The notes below the pieces were generated by a model. The model ran no database searches. It worked only from the letters and a program-made list of their open reading frames with translations, and was not told where the DNA came from. A stretch of DNA of 52,111 nt from Thermodesulfovibrionales bacterium (GTDB lineage: Bacteria > Nitrospirota > Thermodesulfovibrionia > Thermodesulfovibrionales > SM23-35), in NCBI GenBank assembly GCA_022865525.1, contig JALHSV010000264.1, positions 1 through 52,111 of the forward strand, written 5' to 3'. The position numbers were made by a program, and so were the translations under genes. This document shows positions 1-7,725 of this stretch, piece by piece (the first letter of the stretch is position 1; each line of letters begins with the position of its first letter).

Positions 1-123
1 AGGATATTCTGGTATCTCGCCCGAAAATTGGAATATGGCGTTGTACTAAAAGTAGGGAAACACTTTCATTACACCGAGATTAAAGAATATATGCCGGATA
101 CGATGATTGTATATTTTGGATAG
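1..123 (+). CDS. 3' part of the 47-aa ORF that starts at 51950 (same gene seen twice because of the overlap)
   Basis: In-frame ...IFWYLARKLEYGVVLKVGKHFHYTEIKEYMPDTMIVYFG with stop TAG at 121-123. Duplicate of 51971-52093. Confidence 0.5.
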   Translation, partial: RIFWYLARKLEYGVVLKVGKHFHYTEIKEYMPDTMIVYFG

Positions 124-141
124 GGGAAAGAAATGAATGAA
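1..141. repeat. terminal overlap copy 1 (identical to 51971-52111)
   Basis: First and last 141 nt of the window are base-for-base identical. This is either a circular-assembly overlap or a direct terminal repeat. Unique length is 51970 bp. Confidence 0.95.
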
Positions 142-345
142 GAACTACTCAAAGTATTAGATATGAGCGAGGACGAACAATGGAATTGGTTATATGAAAA
201 TAAACATTTACCAAATATGTCCTTAATGGCGAATACTACAAGAGGCCAGATTCTTGCCGACCTCGCCTTCAGGCTTTCTGGTGGGAAAATAGCAGGCAAA
301 AAACCCATTGAATATATCATCGAAGCTTTAGGAGAAGATAAATGA
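133..345 (+). CDS. hypothetical protein (70 aa)
   Basis: ATG preceded by GGGGAAAGAA. Stop overlaps the next start (ATGA). Confidence 0.6.
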   Translation: MNEELLKVLDMSEDEQWNWLYENKHLPNMSLMANTTRGQILADLAFRLSGGKIAGKKPIEYIIEALGEDK

Positions 346-674
346 ACTGTGACAAGCCCTACTCAAATGAACGAGGAGGTAAGCAATCCGCAATAAAAGG
401 CAAGATGACAGAGGTGCCGCCCCTTGCCCTATTAGAGCTATCTAAGGTGATGGGGCAAGGCTCTGAGACATATCCCAGAGAACCTGACGGCACACCGAAC
501 TGGTATAAGATAGGTTGCTATTCCAATCTTGACCACGGCCTCGAACACGCTATCAACTTTCTAATAGAACATAACAAATCCGAACCCGACCAAGCGTATA
601 TGCTCGAAGAACTGAGCCACTTGGCGGCGAGGTCAATGATGGCATTAGAACAATTTTTAAGGAGAGATTTATGA
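342..674 (+). CDS. dATP/dGTP diphosphohydrolase N-terminal-domain-like protein
   Basis: 110 aa. GGKQSAIKGK..PPLALLELSKVMGQG..NWYK resembles the phage dNTP pyrophosphohydrolase N-domain pattern. Recognised by eye only. Confidence 0.55.
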   Translation: MNCDKPYSNERGGKQSAIKGKMTEVPPLALLELSKVMGQGSETYPREPDGTPNWYKIGCYSNLDHGLEHAINFLIEHNKSEPDQAYMLEELSHLAARSMMALEQFLRRDL

Positions 675-1078
675 ATAGAGGATTATATTATTTTGCACAT
701 CCATACACCTGTGTAGATGCTGACGGGAATTATGTATCCGAAGGTGAGGATGCTAATTTCCGTATCTGTAATTATCGTGCCGGACGGCTTATGTCGATGG
801 GATATAACTTGTATTCGCCAATATCACACACTCATCCGATACACCGGGCATCGCCCATATTCCTTGCAAGACACGAACACGAGGCTTGGTATTATCTTGA
901 TTTGGAGTTTATAGCCCGAACAAACTTTGATGGTATTATCTTGGCACCTGCATGGGAACTGTCCAAAGGATGTCAAATGGAACGAGAAGCCTTTGAAAGA
1001 AAAAATTTACCGGTGTACTTATATACCGATATTATCAATGCTCCAGCCGAGCCGATAGAGGAAGAATGCGAAAGCTGA
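671..1078 (+). CDS. DUF1937 / nucleoside 2-deoxyribosyltransferase-like fold protein
   Basis: 135 aa. YYFAHPYT...GYNLYSPISHTHP matches the YxAxPY...SPI.H pattern of that family. ATGA coupling to the upstream ORF. Confidence 0.5.
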   Translation: MNRGLYYFAHPYTCVDADGNYVSEGEDANFRICNYRAGRLMSMGYNLYSPISHTHPIHRASPIFLARHEHEAWYYLDLEFIARTNFDGIILAPAWELSKGCQMEREAFERKNLPVYLYTDIINAPAEPIEEECES

Positions 1079-1329
1079 AGACCCATACATTCAACGGCAG
1101 GAAGTACAGGATAGACATTAAGGACTATCACATTGACGGTGTGTGTGACCAGTACAAACCTGAGCGGATGATTATGTTATGTGCAGACCTGAAAACCAGA
1201 ACGGGCCTGATAACCGCCATACACGAAGCCCTGCACGCCGAGAACTGGTGCAAGGACGAAGGTACAGTAGATAACGTAAGCAAGGAAATAGGGACGTTTT
1301 TATGGAGACTGGGATACAGGATTAGATGA
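1066..1329 (+). CDS. small protein with HExxH motif (possible Zn-metallopeptidase-like)
   Basis: 87 aa containing AIHEALHAENW. Overlaps neighbouring ORFs by a few nt, consistent with operon packing. Confidence 0.5.
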   Translation: MRKLKTHTFNGRKYRIDIKDYHIDGVCDQYKPERMIMLCADLKTRTGLITAIHEALHAENWCKDEGTVDNVSKEIGTFLWRLGYRIR

Positions 1330-1526
1330 CCTATAAATTCCAATGCACCTGCGGCAAACAAGGGGCGGTAGATGTAGGCACTACCGTCCCAGATGACGAC
1401 AATAGATACCCATGTTGGGACTGCTGGAAGAGGTATCCGTATTATCTAAAACATAAGGAGAGAAATGAAGACATCGGCAGTAGCAAACGACTTCCACTTC
1501 ACGTTCCACGAACCGAAGGCGGTTAG
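1326..1526 (+). CDS. small Cys-rich protein
   Basis: 66 aa with CTCG and CWDCW motifs. ATGA coupling at the start. The 3' end overlaps the next gene by 62 nt, so the extent is uncertain. Confidence 0.4.
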   Translation: MTYKFQCTCGKQGAVDVGTTVPDDDNRYPCWDCWKRYPYYLKHKERNEDIGSSKRLPLHVPRTEGG

Positions 1527-2190
1527 GCTATTTCTGGGCTTTGTGAAGGAACACCAGCCAAGGCAGGTTATTATCAATGGTGACCTCTGTGATTTCTATA
1601 AGATAAGCAAGTTTGATAAAGACCCGAACCGCATTGAGTCCCTACAAATAGAGATAGACGCTGCTTCGGACTTTTTAGGAGAACTAAGGGATGCCGCTAC
1701 TGGGGCTGATGTCATCTTTGATGAGGGCAACCACGAACACAGACTCAGGAAGTACCTATGGCGCAAGGCTGAGGCTCTCGCAAGCCTGAAGTGCCTTGAA
1801 CTGCCAAAGCTGTTAAAGTTAGACAAGTACCACATCAAGCATGTCCCTTACGGTGAGGGCGTTCAGGTAGGCAAGATATTCGTCTATCACGGCACAATAG
1901 TCAGGCAGGACTCCTCTTATACTGCTAAGGCTGAGTTCCTGAAGAATGGCTGCTCAGGGATGTCAGGACACACCCACAGGGACGGTAAGTACGTCAAAAG
2001 GAATAGGGGCGGTCAGTTTGCATGGTGGGAGAATTTTTGCATGTGCAAATTAGACCCCGAATACGTCGATGGCATAGTCAACTGGAGTCAGGGCTTCAGC
2101 CTAATCCACTCAGTAGGCTCAAAGCAATACGTAGAACAAATCCACATTAACAAAGGCTCGTATGTATATGGCGGGCAAATCCATAAATAA
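1465..2190 (+). CDS. calcineurin-like metallophosphoesterase
   Basis: 241 aa. Motifs INGDLCD, DEGNHEHR and GHTHRDG are in canonical order. Strong SD AAGGAGAGAA. Confidence 0.8.
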   Translation: MKTSAVANDFHFTFHEPKAVRLFLGFVKEHQPRQVIINGDLCDFYKISKFDKDPNRIESLQIEIDAASDFLGELRDAATGADVIFDEGNHEHRLRKYLWRKAEALASLKCLELPKLLKLDKYHIKHVPYGEGVQVGKIFVYHGTIVRQDSSYTAKAEFLKNGCSGMSGHTHRDGKYVKRNRGGQFAWWENFCMCKLDPEYVDGIVNWSQGFSLIHSVGSKQYVEQIHINKGSYVYGGQIHK

Positions 2191-2202
2191 AGGAGAACCA
2201 AA

Positions 2203-2721
2203 ATGAAGAAGTACGTTTTAATTGCAGTATTGTTACTAACGTTACTATGCACTGGCTGTATGCCAGCAACGCAGGCCGAGGTAAAGACCCTCACAGGCAA
2301 CGTATCCACCTTATTAGAGGCCGTAGATGCCTTACAGGGTACTACGTCACAGATGGCCGCAGACGGCCTGATTAACAAGGAGAAAGTCGATAAGATAAAT
2401 ACTTCCATCGACAAGGTACAAGAAACAGTCGTAAAGGTAGCTAAGGAGGTCGAGACTGCCCCGGATACAATGACGGCTATAGAAGCGGGATGGGAGGCCA
2501 CAAAGAATATAAATCCGTGGTATGTCTATGGCACTATGGCTATCGGAGTCCTGAAACTACTCCAAAAGAACAAAGAGACTAATAATTCACTCGAAGAAAT
2601 CGTCTTGGGAGTTGCAGACATCGCCAAATCCAATGGAGGATTAACAAAAGAACAGAAGGCGGCATTTAATGCTTCTGAATCTGTCGCAACCCGCAGAAAA
2701 GTAGCAAAGATTCTTGCATAG
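2203..2721 (+). CDS. secreted / lipoprotein-like protein
   Basis: 172 aa. N-terminal MKKYVLIAVLLLTLLCTGC signal/lipobox-like segment. SD AAAGGAGAA. Confidence 0.65.
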   Translation: MKKYVLIAVLLLTLLCTGCMPATQAEVKTLTGNVSTLLEAVDALQGTTSQMAADGLINKEKVDKINTSIDKVQETVVKVAKEVETAPDTMTAIEAGWEATKNINPWYVYGTMAIGVLKLLQKNKETNNSLEEIVLGVADIAKSNGGLTKEQKAAFNASESVATRRKVAKILA

Positions 2722-2753
2722 AAATAACAAACTTATCATTCCTCTCCTCCGAA

Positions 2754-2788
2754 GGGGTGGTGACTTCGCGTCACTGCCCCTTTTTTTT
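2754..2788 (+). terminator. rho-independent terminator ending the early operon
   Basis: 11-bp stem GGGGTGGTGAC/GTCACTGCCCC (two G-U pairs), 5-nt loop, followed by T8. Confidence 0.85.
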
Positions 2789-3026
2789 CGCTTGTAAGTG
2801 TTTGTGGTTACTATACTTGAAAAATACTTGAAAATTCTCTAAAGATTTATCTTCCCAAAGCCGATACATTAGTTATACTTATTAGTGAAGTTACAAGTAA
2901 ATAGAGGACGCAAATGAGACATGCAAAACTATCCAACTTAGAACAACTACCGGAGGCCGGTACGTTCTCCTCCTCAGAAGCGTGTCTCAGCCGGTCTTCG
3001 GTTTTTATCTCTTGAAAGAATATAGA

Positions 3027-3254
3027 ATGAGATACCAATTACATCATCAGCCAAAAGATTACAATCGAAGCGGGGAGACGATATTTATTTCTCAGTCTGA
3101 GGAAATAACTTCCGCTGCCACTTACGACAAATGGCTGGCCGACAACAGGAAAGCCAACCCCCTGCCCGAGGGGTATCAATGGTTAGTATGTAACGAAAAG
3201 TCGGAGTATTTTGAATGTACGTTCAACAATGATAGTTTGGTAGAAAGGAAATAG
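3027..3254 (+). CDS. hypothetical protein (75 aa from first ATG)
   Basis: The track ORF begins at GTG 2982. First ATG is at 3027 with a weak SD, so the start is uncertain. Confidence 0.45.
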   Translation: MRYQLHHQPKDYNRSGETIFISQSEEITSAATYDKWLADNRKANPLPEGYQWLVCNEKSEYFECTFNNDSLVERK

Positions 3255-3256
3255 AG

Positions 3257-3994
3257 ATGGACAATGAACTACAAACAATCGAAAATAGCATAAGGCATTG
3301 GACATTTATGGCCGAGACGGGAACTCGCGATAAGCGTGATTACCCGCCCATAAGCAAAGCCGACATACTTGAAAATTGCTACCTTTGCGAGTATAGTTGC
3401 GAGATAACCGGAGAGGCCGCAGTTCGTCCAGACCATCACAGGTGCCAACCCTGTCCGTATTTCAAAAAGTACGGATTCTGTAACGACACAGGCAAGCCTT
3501 TTAATAAGTGGAGCGAATCTACATCCGATACCGACCGCCAAAAGCACGCAAATGCCTTTGTCGAGCAACTCAAAGCCTTGGTATGGGAAGTGAGCAAAGA
3601 CGAAGTGAGGAAAGAGGCCGCCGAGGCTGAGAAGCCGAAGCTGAAACTGAAAGATTGGGATTACGGGAATAATATCGCAAAATGTCCGTACATTGTTATA
3701 AATGGGAAAATTATGTGGGTGAATGAGGGTGAATTTACTGACAGCTTCAAGCCTACAGACTCGGCATTTACCGATACTTATCTGGGTCATAATCTTGCCA
3801 AAGACCTCAAAGCCCTTGGCAAGCCGCTGGAAACCTTTACAATAGATACGGGCGGAAATAGAGTTAAAGGATACATTGCTAAAAGCGGGAAGATATGTTT
3901 AGCATCCTACGGAGGTTTTATGGACATTGAGGTCGCCGAAGAAATCAGTATGAACCTCCGCCGCTTAATCCACGCGGCCAAGGCCAGGTTGTAG
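3257..3994 (+). CDS. hypothetical protein with Cys-rich N-terminal domain
   Basis: 245 aa with CYLCEYSC...CQPCP...C. SD AAAGGAAA. No family recognised. Confidence 0.65.
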   Translation: MDNELQTIENSIRHWTFMAETGTRDKRDYPPISKADILENCYLCEYSCEITGEAAVRPDHHRCQPCPYFKKYGFCNDTGKPFNKWSESTSDTDRQKHANAFVEQLKALVWEVSKDEVRKEAAEAEKPKLKLKDWDYGNNIAKCPYIVINGKIMWVNEGEFTDSFKPTDSAFTDTYLGHNLAKDLKALGKPLETFTIDTGGNRVKGYIAKSGKICLASYGGFMDIEVAEEISMNLRRLIHAAKARL

Positions 3995-4024
3995 GCAGTA
4001 CCGCTCTTTTACAAATGAATATCG

Positions 4025-4136
4025 GACTGGCGGCGGCGAAGTGGAAGAAAATGTCTGGTAGTAGATGAACAGACGGGGCCATGCAGGTGAACGGTGGGGA
4101 ATCCTGCCCGCCAGTCTTTGAACCACTGGGGCGGGC
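4025..4136 (+). ncRNA. structured non-coding segment with mutually exclusive helices
   Basis: GACTGGCGG (4025-4033) pairs with CCGCCAGTC (4108-4116). Alternatively, GCCCGCCAGT (4106-4115) pairs with ACTGG-gg-CGGGC (4125-4136), followed by a T/C-rich tract. Confidence 0.35.
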
Positions 4137-4180
4137 TTCCTCCTTTCTATAGCTAATTTTTCATAGCCTGCCCCAATTAT

Positions 4181-4264
4181 GGCCGAGTAGCTTAAAGGGC
4201 AAAGCGTGGGGCGGCTGCCAGAAAACTCGACACCAAGTTGCAGGTTCAAATCCTGCCTCGGCCA
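4181..4264 (+). tRNA. tRNA-like element with non-canonical anticodon arm (pseudo-tRNA or tRNA mimic)
   Basis: Three arms are perfect. They are the acceptor stem GGCCGAG/CTCGGCC plus discriminator A, the D arm GCTT-AAAGGGCA-AAGC, and the T arm GCAGG-TTCAAAT-CCTGC. The 33 nt at 4207-4239 do not give a 5-bp stem with a 7-nt loop. The best fold is TGGGG/CACCA (4 of 5 pairs) around a 19-nt loop, so no anticodon can be assigned. Confidence 0.5.
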
Positions 4265-4367
4265 ATGCGATTAACGACGTTAAAAAATGAGGGTAGAGTA
4301 TGCTGGTGTAATCTATCTCTGTCGAATATCGCAGCCAGTCCCGTACGCGGGGTCACAAGGCGCGACA

Positions 4368-4392
4368 GCTCGGAGAGAACGAGCATTTTTTT
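4368..4392 (+). terminator. rho-independent terminator downstream of the tRNA-like element
   Basis: GCTCG-gagagaa-CGAGC hairpin followed by ATTTTTTT. Confidence 0.7.
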
Positions 4393-4432
4393 AACTAAAG
4401 TAGGTAACAGTTTAAGACGAAAGGAGAGTATT

Positions 4433-4711
4433 ATGGCAAAAAAAACATTACCTTCACCTTTGTGTGTAGATATTCGAGAGGCGAAACCCAATAAGCTGTT
4501 TACTGAAGAGCAAAGGGAATTAGTACGTTTTCTTGTTTATAATAAAAAAGTACATTGTCGGCGCTGCAACCGCAAGGTGAAAATAATGTGGACTATGCTC
4601 TGTGAATTTTATGCAATGAATATGGGGCAACATTCAATGGATAAAGGTGAAAAATATATGCCTCTAACGCCGGTTTGTAGTGAACATCCATTAAAGCCGG
4701 GCATTGATTAA
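4433..4711 (+). CDS. hypothetical zinc-ribbon-like protein (92 aa)
   Basis: ATG at 4433 with SD AAGGAGAG. Contains HCRRCNRK and CSEH. The 5' part of track ORF 4238-4711 crosses the tRNA-like element and the terminator, so it is rejected. Confidence 0.6.
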   Translation: MAKKTLPSPLCVDIREAKPNKLFTEEQRELVRFLVYNKKVHCRRCNRKVKIMWTMLCEFYAMNMGQHSMDKGEKYMPLTPVCSEHPLKPGID

Positions 4712-4743
4712 CCCAGCGAGGGGAAAAAGAGAGGAAACGAATT

Positions 4744-5070
4744 ATGAACAATACGAAAAAGACAATCGAGTATGTGAACAAAACAAAGCAGGATGCAATG
4801 AGATTTCTGGCCGAGGCACAGGAAGATGTGGCTCTGTGGACGATGGTAGTCAATGAATGTGATGAGGACATCAGAGATGCCAGTAATCGCAAGCCCATGT
4901 ACGGCAAGGCCAGATTGAAGGTCATGGCTGCGATAGCCCTGATAATCCTGATGGTGGCGTTGTTCGGCTGTCGCTCGACTATCACTGGTTGTGGTATGAT
5001 ATTACAGGGCGGGGCGCATATAGTTAAAGGCACGGGAGATTATCTCGTCGCAGAAGGAACGGAGAAATAG
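4744..5070 (+). CDS. membrane protein (one TM helix)
   Basis: 108 aa with hydrophobic MAAIALIILMVALFGC segment. SD GAGAGGAAA. Confidence 0.6.
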   Translation: MNNTKKTIEYVNKTKQDAMRFLAEAQEDVALWTMVVNECDEDIRDASNRKPMYGKARLKVMAAIALIILMVALFGCRSTITGCGMILQGGAHIVKGTGDYLVAEGTEK

Positions 5071-5072
5071 AA

Positions 5073-5291
5073 ATGGACAGAACAGAACATCTACAGTGGT
5101 GCAAGGACAGAGCGTTAGAATATGTAAAGATGGGCGACATGGCACAAGCAGTAGCTTCTATGACATCAGACCTATCAAAACATCCCGAAACAGCAAGCCA
5201 TCCAGCAATACATCTGGGAACAATGCTACTGTTTGGTGGCCACATGAACAACGCCGCCGAAACAGAAAAATGGATAAAAGGTTTTAATTGA
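5073..5291 (+). CDS. hypothetical protein (72 aa)
   Basis: SD GGAGAAATAGAA before the ATG. Follows directly after the previous stop. Confidence 0.6.
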   Translation: MDRTEHLQWCKDRALEYVKMGDMAQAVASMTSDLSKHPETASHPAIHLGTMLLFGGHMNNAAETEKWIKGFN

Positions 5292-5308
5292 GAAATAGAG
5301 TACGGACG

Positions 5309-5558
5309 GGCGGTGGTCGATAGGCAGGGATAGGCCAAACTGAAGATTAACCTCATCGAAAATGAGACTTTGATTGACGTAAAGTAAACAGTGAATTACG
5401 GATTTCCACCGCCTTTATATAAACAAACGGGCGGGAAGGCATTTATGAAACTATAACCTAAAAGCATCAAGGATGCAGAAAATGCTTACACAATCCCTCG
5501 ATTTTCAGGCAGAGTTAATTGGGGAAGGTTAGAAACGTAAAAACGTGGCTTTCCCGCC
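5309..5558 (+). ncRNA. two-domain structured leader / ncRNA candidate
   Basis: Long-range helix GGCGGTGG (5309-5316) / CCACCGCC (5406-5413). Second helix GGCGGGAAGGC (5430-5440) / GCTTTCCCGCC (5548-5558; 11 bp, one G-U). Lies in a 288-nt ORF-free gap ending at the SD of the 5580 gene. Confidence 0.35.
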
Positions 5559-5579
5559 TATTTATAGGAGAATAAGATT

Positions 5580-5915
5580 ATGAGTACATTTCCAAAATGC
5601 AAACACGGCATTGGTGACGCAAACAACCTCACCGAATGTAAGGAATGTCAATTAGATGACCTGCAAGCCGAACTCGATAAGCTCAAGGCAAGCCACGACA
5701 GGCAAGAGGAAGCATTGCGAAAGATTGATAATTGGGCCAAAGCATATCCGCTCGAAGTATTCCCAGAGCCGGATTTTAAGAAAGTAGCAGAAGTGTTAAA
5801 GGCGGCAGGGATCAGTTTAGACGCTGTTTCTGCAAGCAATATGCGGCATGTTATCAAGGGTGTAAAAGGTATTGCAGAGCAAGCCCTCAAAGAGGCTGAG
5901 AAGATAGGAGAATGA
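5580..5915 (+). CDS. small coiled-coil protein, paralog family member 1
   Basis: 111 aa. Shares the box LDKLKASHDR with the next ORF (near-identical DNA). SD TAGGAGAA. Confidence 0.65.
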   Translation: MSTFPKCKHGIGDANNLTECKECQLDDLQAELDKLKASHDRQEEALRKIDNWAKAYPLEVFPEPDFKKVAEVLKAAGISLDAVSASNMRHVIKGVKGIAEQALKEAEKIGE

Positions 5916-5919
5916 GATT

Positions 5920-6183
5920 ATGGACATGAATGAAGTAATGCAAGTATTAGACAAAGGACTCAGATACGACAAGCTGTGGGCTGCGTATTGTAAGTTGGAA
6001 AGCTCTGAACAAGCACGGTTACAACGAACCGATTACGACAAGCTCAAGGCAAGCCACGACAGGCTGGTGGAAACATTAGGCAGTAAGTTTATCAAGACCT
6101 TCGTACCTTACGACAAAGATTCTGAATGTTACCGAGCATATAACGAACTCAAGCAAGCCCTTGCAGAAGCGGAGAAGATATGA
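5920..6183 (+). CDS. small coiled-coil protein, paralog family member 2
   Basis: 87 aa. YDKLKASHDR box (shared with 5580 ORF) and FIKTFVPYDKDSECYRAYNELKQAL box (shared with 6592 ORF). Confidence 0.65.
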   Translation: MDMNEVMQVLDKGLRYDKLWAAYCKLESSEQARLQRTDYDKLKASHDRLVETLGSKFIKTFVPYDKDSECYRAYNELKQALAEAEKI

Positions 6184-6590
6184 AAACAACAACCAGTGTA
6201 ATAATAGTCGGCTTATTCTATGTTTTGTTGGTGTGGATTTACGGAGGATGGGTCAGGGATGACCACCACGCCTCGATAAAGGCCCCCCAGGCGGCCCAGG
6301 ATGGACGAAGTGCCGTATATAAGGTTACGGCCTATTGCCCCTGTGAGAAGTGCTGTGGGGCGTTTGCGGACGGAATAACGGCCTCTGGCGCACTGGCTAA
6401 AGGAAAACTAATCGCCGCCCCCAAGTCGATACCTTTTGGAACATGGATTGAAATTGAAGGCTACGGATGGGCAGAGGTACTCGACCGGGGCGGCAGTATT
6501 AAGGGAAGGCGACTTGATTTACTGTTCCCGACACATCAGGAAGCCCTGAACTGGGGCGTTAAATATCTGGAAATCAATTTAGGAGACTGA
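6180..6590 (+). CDS. membrane-anchored 3D-domain (MltA/RlpA-like double-psi barrel) protein, candidate murein hydrolase
   Basis: 136 aa. N-terminal TM SVIIVGLFYVLLVWIYGGW. VTAYCPCEKCCG...GITASG...VLDRGGSIKG.RLDL matches the 3D-domain pattern. Confidence 0.7.
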   Translation: MKTTTSVIIVGLFYVLLVWIYGGWVRDDHHASIKAPQAAQDGRSAVYKVTAYCPCEKCCGAFADGITASGALAKGKLIAAPKSIPFGTWIEIEGYGWAEVLDRGGSIKGRRLDLLFPTHQEALNWGVKYLEINLGD

Positions 6591-6591
6591 A

Positions 6592-6873
6592 ATGGAACAT
6601 ACAAAGTTAAAAATTAGAGACGAAATAGAACCTACCAGTTTTTATGCTATTGTTGACGAGGAAACAGATGGAAAGAAGATTTACGAAGAAGTGTCTTCTC
6701 TCTTAATGGCCCTCCGCCTCGTCAAGTGCTGGAACGGCTGGGACGAGCTTGTGGAGGCAGGGAACGAGTTTATCAAGACGTTTACCCCTCACGATATAAG
6801 GTCTGAATGTTTCCGAGCATATACTAAATTATTAAAGCTTCTCGCCGCAGAGAGTAAAGAGGTGAAAGAATGA
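6592..6873 (+). CDS. small protein, paralog family member 3
   Basis: 93 aa. FIKTFTPHDIRSECFRAYTKLLKLL box shared with the 5920 ORF. Confidence 0.65.
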   Translation: MEHTKLKIRDEIEPTSFYAIVDEETDGKKIYEEVSSLLMALRLVKCWNGWDELVEAGNEFIKTFTPHDIRSECFRAYTKLLKLLAAESKEVKE

Positions 6874-7226
6874 TACTTGAACCGGATAAATGTGAGAAAT
6901 GTGATGAGCAGAGCGATACCTTGATTAAATGTCAGGGTTGTGGCACGATGTTCTGCCCGGACTGCGACAAAACAAAGAAATGTGAAATGTGCGGGTTGAG
7001 TTTTTGTAATAAGTGCTACGTAATAGACGTCTGTGCTTCCCCGATATGTCACGGCTGCTTTGACCATCTGTTTGTCATCAAGGCCAATTACGAAAGCCTA
7101 ACGAAACAACTGGCTGATATTACAAATGAGGCCAGTAACGTCGAGGACAGTTCGGTTAGTTATGTAATAATGCTCGGCAGGGTAACGGCAAGATTAGAAT
7201 TTCTAAAGGCTCAATTTGAGTATTGA
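6870..7226 (+). CDS. multi-CxxC zinc-finger protein
   Basis: 118 aa with CEKCD, CQGCG, CPDCD, CEMCG, CNKC and CHGC pairs. ATGA coupling. Confidence 0.65.
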   Translation: MILEPDKCEKCDEQSDTLIKCQGCGTMFCPDCDKTKKCEMCGLSFCNKCYVIDVCASPICHGCFDHLFVIKANYESLTKQLADITNEASNVEDSSVSYVIMLGRVTARLEFLKAQFEY

Positions 7227-7238
7227 AGGAGAAGAATA

Positions 7239-7724
7239 ATGAAGATTGAACAATTACTAATTCAACCGCACGGCACAAAGATAGGCGGCTTTAATCTTTG
7301 CGTTAAGACATTTAAGAAAACGTGGCAGGTCGGCGAGACTCATTGGCAACAGGTTATTTGCATGGACGAAACCGGTGAAATACCTGTAGATGTCAAGTTA
7401 GGCAACAAATACAATCCTTTGCGAGGCCGTACAACAGAATTAGATGTAATCGTAGCCGAAGTCAGAGACGCCGAGTACCTTAATAAGCCCCGCAAGATAC
7501 TTGTAGTTGACCAGTTTACTATACCTACACAGATGATTGCCGATTACTACGCCGAACCTGACCAGGCATACCAGGCCAATATGAAAGAAATCAGGGGCAA
7601 GATAAGGCACGGTCTTATTTGCAGCGACAGAAGTGCGGGGTATAGAGTTACTGGTAAAAAAGAAGTAGAAAATTACCAGTTGGAAATAGCTTTTTGGGCA
7701 GAGTTTATTATGACTGGAGAATGA
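7239..7724 (+). CDS. hypothetical protein (161 aa)
   Basis: Strong SD GAAGGAGAAG. No family recognised. Confidence 0.65.
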   Translation: MKIEQLLIQPHGTKIGGFNLCVKTFKKTWQVGETHWQQVICMDETGEIPVDVKLGNKYNPLRGRTTELDVIVAEVRDAEYLNKPRKILVVDQFTIPTQMIADYYAEPDQAYQANMKEIRGKIRHGLICSDRSAGYRVTGKKEVENYQLEIAFWAEFIMTGE

Positions 7725-7725
7725 G

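Noticed and set aside
4181-4264. tRNA-like element as a phage attP site (integration into a tRNA gene)
   Set aside because: No integrase or recombinase was recognised anywhere in the genome. The element also includes the 5' acceptor and D arms, which attP cores do not need.
3965-4432. Track ORFs 3965-4249 (minus) and the 5' two-fifths of 4238-4711 (plus) covering the tRNA-like region
   Set aside because: They run through the tRNA-like element, long-range helices and a rho-independent terminator. They have no SD. The plus ORF has a well-supported internal start at 4433.
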